A DNA stretch of 64,000 nt from Acidobacteriota bacterium (GTDB lineage Bacteria > Actinomycetota > Acidimicrobiia > Acidimicrobiales > CADCSY01), in the NCBI GenBank assembly GCA_019510095.1, contig JAEKLB010000020.1, forward strand, positions 12,499-76,498, read 5' to 3'. Made by a program: the position numbers and the translations under genes. Positions within the stretch are counted from its first letter, which is position 1. Every line of letters begins with the position of its first letter. The notes under the pieces were generated by a model. The model worked only from the letters and a program-made list of their open reading frames with translations, had not been told where the DNA came from and searched no databases. Below, one piece after another: positions 59,759 to 64,000 of this stretch.

Positions 59759-60451
59759 TCAGGCGCGGACGAGGGTCAGCCGGAACTCGAGCTCGCCGTG
59801 GTCCTCGGTGGTCACGGCCATGTTGCTGGGGTTGGGTACGCCGTAGTCGGCGAAGACGACGGGGATCGAGCCCGCCACCCGGATGCCGGCGCTGGTGCGC
59901 ACGGCCGTGACGTCGAAGGACACCGCCTTGTTCATGCCGTGCAGGGTCAGCACGCCGGTTGCCGCTGCGGTGATGTCCTTGCCGGCCGCCGGCTCACTGC
60001 CCAGGTCGATGGGCTTGGTGAGGACGAAGGTGGCGGTCGGGTGCGTCGCCGTGTCCATGATGCGACCGTGGAACTGGCCGTCGCGCCGCGACTGGTCGCT
60101 GCTGACCGTTGTCATGTCGACCGTGAAGCGGCCGGTGGTGACCGAGGTTCCGACGATCTCGAGCGTGCCGGTGACCGCCGTGGTACGCCCGACCGCTGTC
60201 GTGCTTTGACCGAACAGCACCTCCTTCACGCGGTAGCCGGCTTCGCTGCCGCGAGCGACCTTCCAGCTACCGGCGGCCGGGCCGGCATCGGGCGCGGTCC
60301 CCGAGCTCGTCGACGACGAGTCGTCGCTGGCCTCGAGGGTGAGCCGGGCCGGGGCGTCGCCCTCGATGACGTTGATGTACACCCACGTCCCCACTGACAC
60401 CACGGCGACCAACCCCAGGGGAACGGCGGCGAACAGCCAACGTCGGCGCAT
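59759..60451 (-). CDS. YceI family protein
   Basis: N-terminal TM segment; S.AGYRV.E, RRD, LTLHG. Confidence 0.85.
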   Translation of the reverse strand: MRRRWLFAAVPLGLVAVVSVGTWVYINVIEGDAPARLTLEASDDSSSTSSGTAPDAGPAAGSWKVARGSEAGYRVKEVLFGQSTTAVGRTTAVTGTLEIVGTSVTTGRFTVDMTTVSSDQSRRDGQFHGRIMDTATHPTATFVLTKPIDLGSEPAAGKDITAAATGVLTLHGMNKAVSFDVTAVRTSAGIRVAGSIPVVFADYGVPNPSNMAVTTEDHGELEFRLTLVRA

Positions 60452-60493
60452 CGCCGGAGTCTTGCCGGCTCTGCTGGGGGCGACCTGTGGAGC

Positions 60494-61687
60494 TCAGGTG
60501 GCGGGCGGCGGGCCGGTGTACTCGGCCCGGGGCCGGAACCTCAGGCGATGGCCGTACTCCTCGATGGCATGGGCGACCCAGCCGGCGGTGCGCGCCACCG
60601 CGAAGATCGCCTCGCCGGCGCCCAGGGGCATCCGCGCCGTCTCGCCCAGAGCGGCGAGGGCGAAGTCGATGTTCGGGTGGGGTCCCTGGCGTGACGTCAC
60701 CACGCGCAGCACGTCTTCGATCGTTCGCCACAGGGCGGCCGGCGGTCGCGACTGCTCGACAGCGGCGAGCAGGGCGGGGGCGCGAGGATCAGGACCGGTG
60801 TAGACGCTGTGCCCGAAGCCGGGGAGATCGTCGCCCCGGCGCAGCCACTCGCCGACCGCCGCCTCCGGCGACGTGGCCGCCGCCTCGCGCAGCAGCATCC
60901 GAGCCTGGTCGGAGGCCTGGCCGTGCAGTGGACCGCCGAGTGCCGCCATCCCGCTGAGCACGACCAGGTACGGATCGGCCCAGGTCGAGGCAGCAACCCG
61001 GGCGGCGAAGGTCGACGCTGCGAGCTCATGGTCGGCCACCAGGCCGAGGGCGCGGTCGAGAGCAGCCACACCCGCCGGCCGGGCCGGCATCGGCGACAGC
61101 TTCGGCCAGAGGCGCCGGGCCACTGATCCGTCCGAGGGTGGCGCGGCACCGAGGTCGGGCAGGGAGTCGACCTCGGCGGCAACCAGCGCCCGGCCCGTGG
61201 CCACCACCGCGGGCGGCCGCCGGTCGTGGCGCAGTGCATCGGTCGCTGCCACCGCCGCCGTCACCACTCGCAGCCGGTCGGCAAAGGTCGCCTCTGGCGG
61301 GAGACCCGACTGGGCACGGCGTCCGGCCCGCAGCGCCGCCGGCGACGCCCGCCACGGCGGCAGCTCGTCGACGTCCTGCCCTGACCACAGCCACTCGGCG
61401 ACCTGCTCGTACGACCAGGCATCGGTCATGCCGACGGCATCACGCCCGCGGTACCAGAGGCGACCAGCCGGATCGATCGAGGTGAGGGCGGAGTCGACCA
61501 CGATGTCGCCGGTCGCTCGCTGCCGGCGACGGCCGGCGAGCCGGTCGACCTCGCTCCTGCGGAACCGGCTGGTCCGCTGGCCCGGGGTTCGCTCGCTGTG
61601 CAGCACGCCCCGGCTCACGTACGCGTAGAGGGTGGCCGGCTTCACGCCCAGCTCCGCGGCCGCCTCGCCTGCCGTCAACCATTCCAT
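60494..61687 (-). CDS. HTH-citrate synthase fusion (putative regulator)
   Basis: EAAAELGVKPATLYAYVSRG; DHELAAST, GPLHG, GFGH, DPRA, NIDF. Confidence 0.88.
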   Translation of the reverse strand: MEWLTAGEAAAELGVKPATLYAYVSRGVLHSERTPGQRTSRFRRSEVDRLAGRRRQRATGDIVVDSALTSIDPAGRLWYRGRDAVGMTDAWSYEQVAEWLWSGQDVDELPPWRASPAALRAGRRAQSGLPPEATFADRLRVVTAAVAATDALRHDRRPPAVVATGRALVAAEVDSLPDLGAAPPSDGSVARRLWPKLSPMPARPAGVAALDRALGLVADHELAASTFAARVAASTWADPYLVVLSGMAALGGPLHGQASDQARMLLREAAATSPEAAVGEWLRRGDDLPGFGHSVYTGPDPRAPALLAAVEQSRPPAALWRTIEDVLRVVTSRQGPHPNIDFALAALGETARMPLGAGEAIFAVARTAGWVAHAIEEYGHRLRFRPRAEYTGPPPAT

Positions 61688-61700
61688 CGGCGCAGCTTAT

Positions 61701-61723
61701 ATTGATACTTGATCAACGTTGAC
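61701..61723. promoter_or_regulatory. TTGA/TCAA repeat operator candidate
   Basis: ATTGATACTTGATCAACGTTGAC with overlapping palindromes TTGATCAA and TCAACGTTGA. Confidence 0.5.
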
Positions 61724-61755
61724 GATAGGACAGACCACAGGCGTACGATGGACCC

Positions 61756-62895
61756 ATGACAACGACGTTGGACGTACCGAAGGGCCTGAAGGGACTCGCC
61801 GTCGCCGACACCGAGGTTGGCGACGTCCGGGGGGATGAGGGCTTCTACCACTACCGCCAGTACTCGGCTGTGGAGCTGGCCGAGAAGCGCACCTTCGAAG
61901 ACGTCTGGTACCTGCTTCTCGAAGGCGAGCTGCCCGACGAAGAGCGGCGGCGCCAGTTCATGCGCGAGGTCGCGCCCCTCCGGACAGTCCCCCGCGCCAT
62001 CGAGCCCCTGCTCGATGAGGTGGCCCGCACCTGTCTCTCGCCCCTCTCGGGGCTGCGCACCGTTCTCTCCCATCTCGCGGCCGTCGAGGCCATGCCCGCC
62101 AGCCATGGCGCCGATCGCAGCCGGCTCCTGGCCGATGCCCGACGACTGACGAGCGTCGCGGCCACCGTCGTGGCCGCCCTGCATCGCCGGTCGCGTGGCC
62201 TCGAGCCGATCGCCCCCGACGACGCGCTCCCCTACGCCGCCAACTACCTCTTCATGGTGAACGGCCAACGGGCCGACGAGCGTCACGCCCGCGCCATCGA
62301 GCAGTACCTGATGCTGGCGGTCGACCACGGCTTCAACGCGTCGACGTTCACCGCTCGCGTCGTCACCTCGACAGGCGCCGACTTCGGCGCCGCCGTGGTA
62401 GCCGCCCTCGGTGCGCTGTCGGGGCCGTTGCACGGTGGCGCACCGAGCCTCGCGCTGGAGTCGCTCGACGCCATCGGCACACCTGATCGAGCCCCTTCCT
62501 GGGTGCGCGATGCAGTGGCACGGGGCGAGCGGATCATGGGCTTCGGTCACGCCGTCTACCGCACGAAGGATCCGAGGTCCGAGGCCTTGCGGGGCACCGT
62601 CGAAGAGCTGGGTGGCCCCCGCGCCGAGCTGGCGGTGCAGGTCGAGCGACTGGTGGAGCAGACGCTGGCCGAGCTGAAGCCCGATCGGCCCCTCCAGGCC
62701 AACATCGAGTTCTACGCCGGCGTGCTCATGGAGCAGTGCGGGCTGCCGCCCGAGCTGTTCACCCCCACCTTCGCCATCGCCCGCGTTGTCGGCTGGTGCG
62801 CGCAAGCGCTCGAGCAGGCGGCCGACGTGGGCATCATCCGCCCCAGCGCCCGTTACATCGGCCCGCCGCCACCGCAGCCGGTCCCGGCGGCGTAG
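61756..62895 (+). CDS. Citrate synthase / 2-methylcitrate synthase
   Basis: DHGFNASTF, GPLHGGA, MGFGHAVY..DPR, NIEFY. Confidence 0.92.
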   Translation: MTTTLDVPKGLKGLAVADTEVGDVRGDEGFYHYRQYSAVELAEKRTFEDVWYLLLEGELPDEERRRQFMREVAPLRTVPRAIEPLLDEVARTCLSPLSGLRTVLSHLAAVEAMPASHGADRSRLLADARRLTSVAATVVAALHRRSRGLEPIAPDDALPYAANYLFMVNGQRADERHARAIEQYLMLAVDHGFNASTFTARVVTSTGADFGAAVVAALGALSGPLHGGAPSLALESLDAIGTPDRAPSWVRDAVARGERIMGFGHAVYRTKDPRSEALRGTVEELGGPRAELAVQVERLVEQTLAELKPDRPLQANIEFYAGVLMEQCGLPPELFTPTFAIARVVGWCAQALEQAADVGIIRPSARYIGPPPPQPVPAA

Positions 62896-62904
62896 CCGCT
62901 GCCG

Positions 62905-63291
62905 TCAATCGTTGGTCAAGCCGTCGGTGCGGACGGTGACGTGGGCGGCGGTGTAGAGCATGCCCCCGACGCGGATCGGCTCCAGCGTGACGTGGATGGG
63001 GATCAGCCCGCCGTCGGAGACCCGCTCGGCCTCGGGGTGAAGACCAGGGTCCATCTCCCGGAGCGCAGGCTCGGCGATGTAGCCGCGGCGGTAGGCCTGG
63101 TGGCCAAAGCGACGATCGGCCGGCACCAGCAGCTCGACGGCCTCACCGAGGATGTACTCGTCCTCCGGCAGGTCGAGTAGCTCCCGGAGGGGCTCGGTGA
63201 CAGCGACGATGTTGCCGGCGTGGTCGACGACCACGATGGCCTCGTCGGGCTTGAGCGCGGCTGTGACCTCGGTGGGCAGCTCGGCGGCCAT
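62905..63291 (-). CDS. Stand-alone PAS-domain protein
   Basis: EAIVVVD..GNI, GEAVELLVP, DG..IPI.V.L. Confidence 0.7.
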   Translation of the reverse strand: MAAELPTEVTAALKPDEAIVVVDHAGNIVAVTEPLRELLDLPEDEYILGEAVELLVPADRRFGHQAYRRGYIAEPALREMDPGLHPEAERVSDGGLIPIHVTLEPIRVGGMLYTAAHVTVRTDGLTND

Positions 63292-63399
63292 CAGCTCACC
63301 GCGACGTTGCCGGCGGAATCGAAGCGCTCCATGACCCGAGACTGTAGGGATCAGATAGCCCCTGGACCGGGCTGGCCGGCGCCCGTACCGTTGGGACTC

Positions 63400-63993
63400 A
63401 TGTCTGGGGTCGCCTCACCCACTGCCGCGCCCGCTGCCAGCCCGGGCCGCCCCCGCCGTTTCACGCGCGGCCAGGTGGTGGCCGCGGCGATCGCCGTGCT
63501 CCAGGAGCGGGGCCCCGAGGGCCTCACCATGAAGGCGCTCAGCGCGAGGCTCGGCACCGGGGTGGGGACGATCTACTCCTACGCCGCCAGCAAGGACGAG
63601 CTCATGTTGCTCGTGGCGACCGAGGTGCTCGCCACGGCGACGATCCCGGAGCCGACCGACGACTGGGAGGGCTGGCTCCGGGCCTTGCTGTGGAACGTCC
63701 GCGACGCCTTCCGGCCCTATCCGTGGATGGACCACGGCATCCTGGGTCGCCCATCGTGGACCGAGGCCGCCACGCCCATGCAGGTGGCGGTGCTGAAGAC
63801 GCTCGAGGATGCCGGCTTCTCCCCCCGCAACCGGAGCCGAGCGTCCCTTGCCCTCTACTACCTCTCCACGGGGTTCCTGCTCAGCGAGCCCACCGCCGAC
63901 CGGGCCGAGCACCGCAGTCGCAGCGTCACCAGCGCCATGGACATCCTGATGGCGGGCCTGCGGGCGGAGCTGGCAGCGCAGCGCCCCGAGTGA
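63400..63993 (+). CDS. TetR family regulator
   Basis: LTMKALSARLGTGVGTIYSY..SKDEL. Confidence 0.88.
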   Translation: MSGVASPTAAPAASPGRPRRFTRGQVVAAAIAVLQERGPEGLTMKALSARLGTGVGTIYSYAASKDELMLLVATEVLATATIPEPTDDWEGWLRALLWNVRDAFRPYPWMDHGILGRPSWTEAATPMQVAVLKTLEDAGFSPRNRSRASLALYYLSTGFLLSEPTADRAEHRSRSVTSAMDILMAGLRAELAAQRPE

Positions 63994-64000
63994 GCACCGT

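Overview
High-GC actinobacterial chromosome segment. Gene content and order (dnaG coupled to rpoD, alpha2-type glyQS, ppdK, many CoA/crotonase and F420 enzymes) suggest Acidimicrobiia; that assignment is inference. The backbone has tRNA-Asn, tRNA-Ile2/Met(CAT), tRNA-Val, rpoD-dnaG-terC-terC-ppdK, glyQS, recO-uppS, era-hemolysin-ybeY-phoH-HIT, bioAFD, a divergent citrate synthase pair and many catabolic genes. The accessory region is about 8.9-19.2 kb and has two parts. (1) A decayed IS1595-family transposase next to DUF6941/DUF4258/DUF2283-like genes and a candidate structured ncRNA. (2) A ~5.8 kb integrative element inserted in the HNH motif of a LexA-boxed DUF222/13E12-type gene, flanked by an AACCTCGT duplication (13230-13237 and 19046-19053). 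This element carries a phiRv1-like large serine recombinase, an HUH rolling-circle Rep, an AIPR-family defence gene and a coupled trio of Cys-rich microproteins, but no recognisable capsid or conjugation genes. Removing it in silico restores the host ORF in frame and gives a dyad-symmetric attP. Several intergenic palindromic REP-like repeats are also present. All calls come from reading the sequence and recalling motifs; no searches were run.
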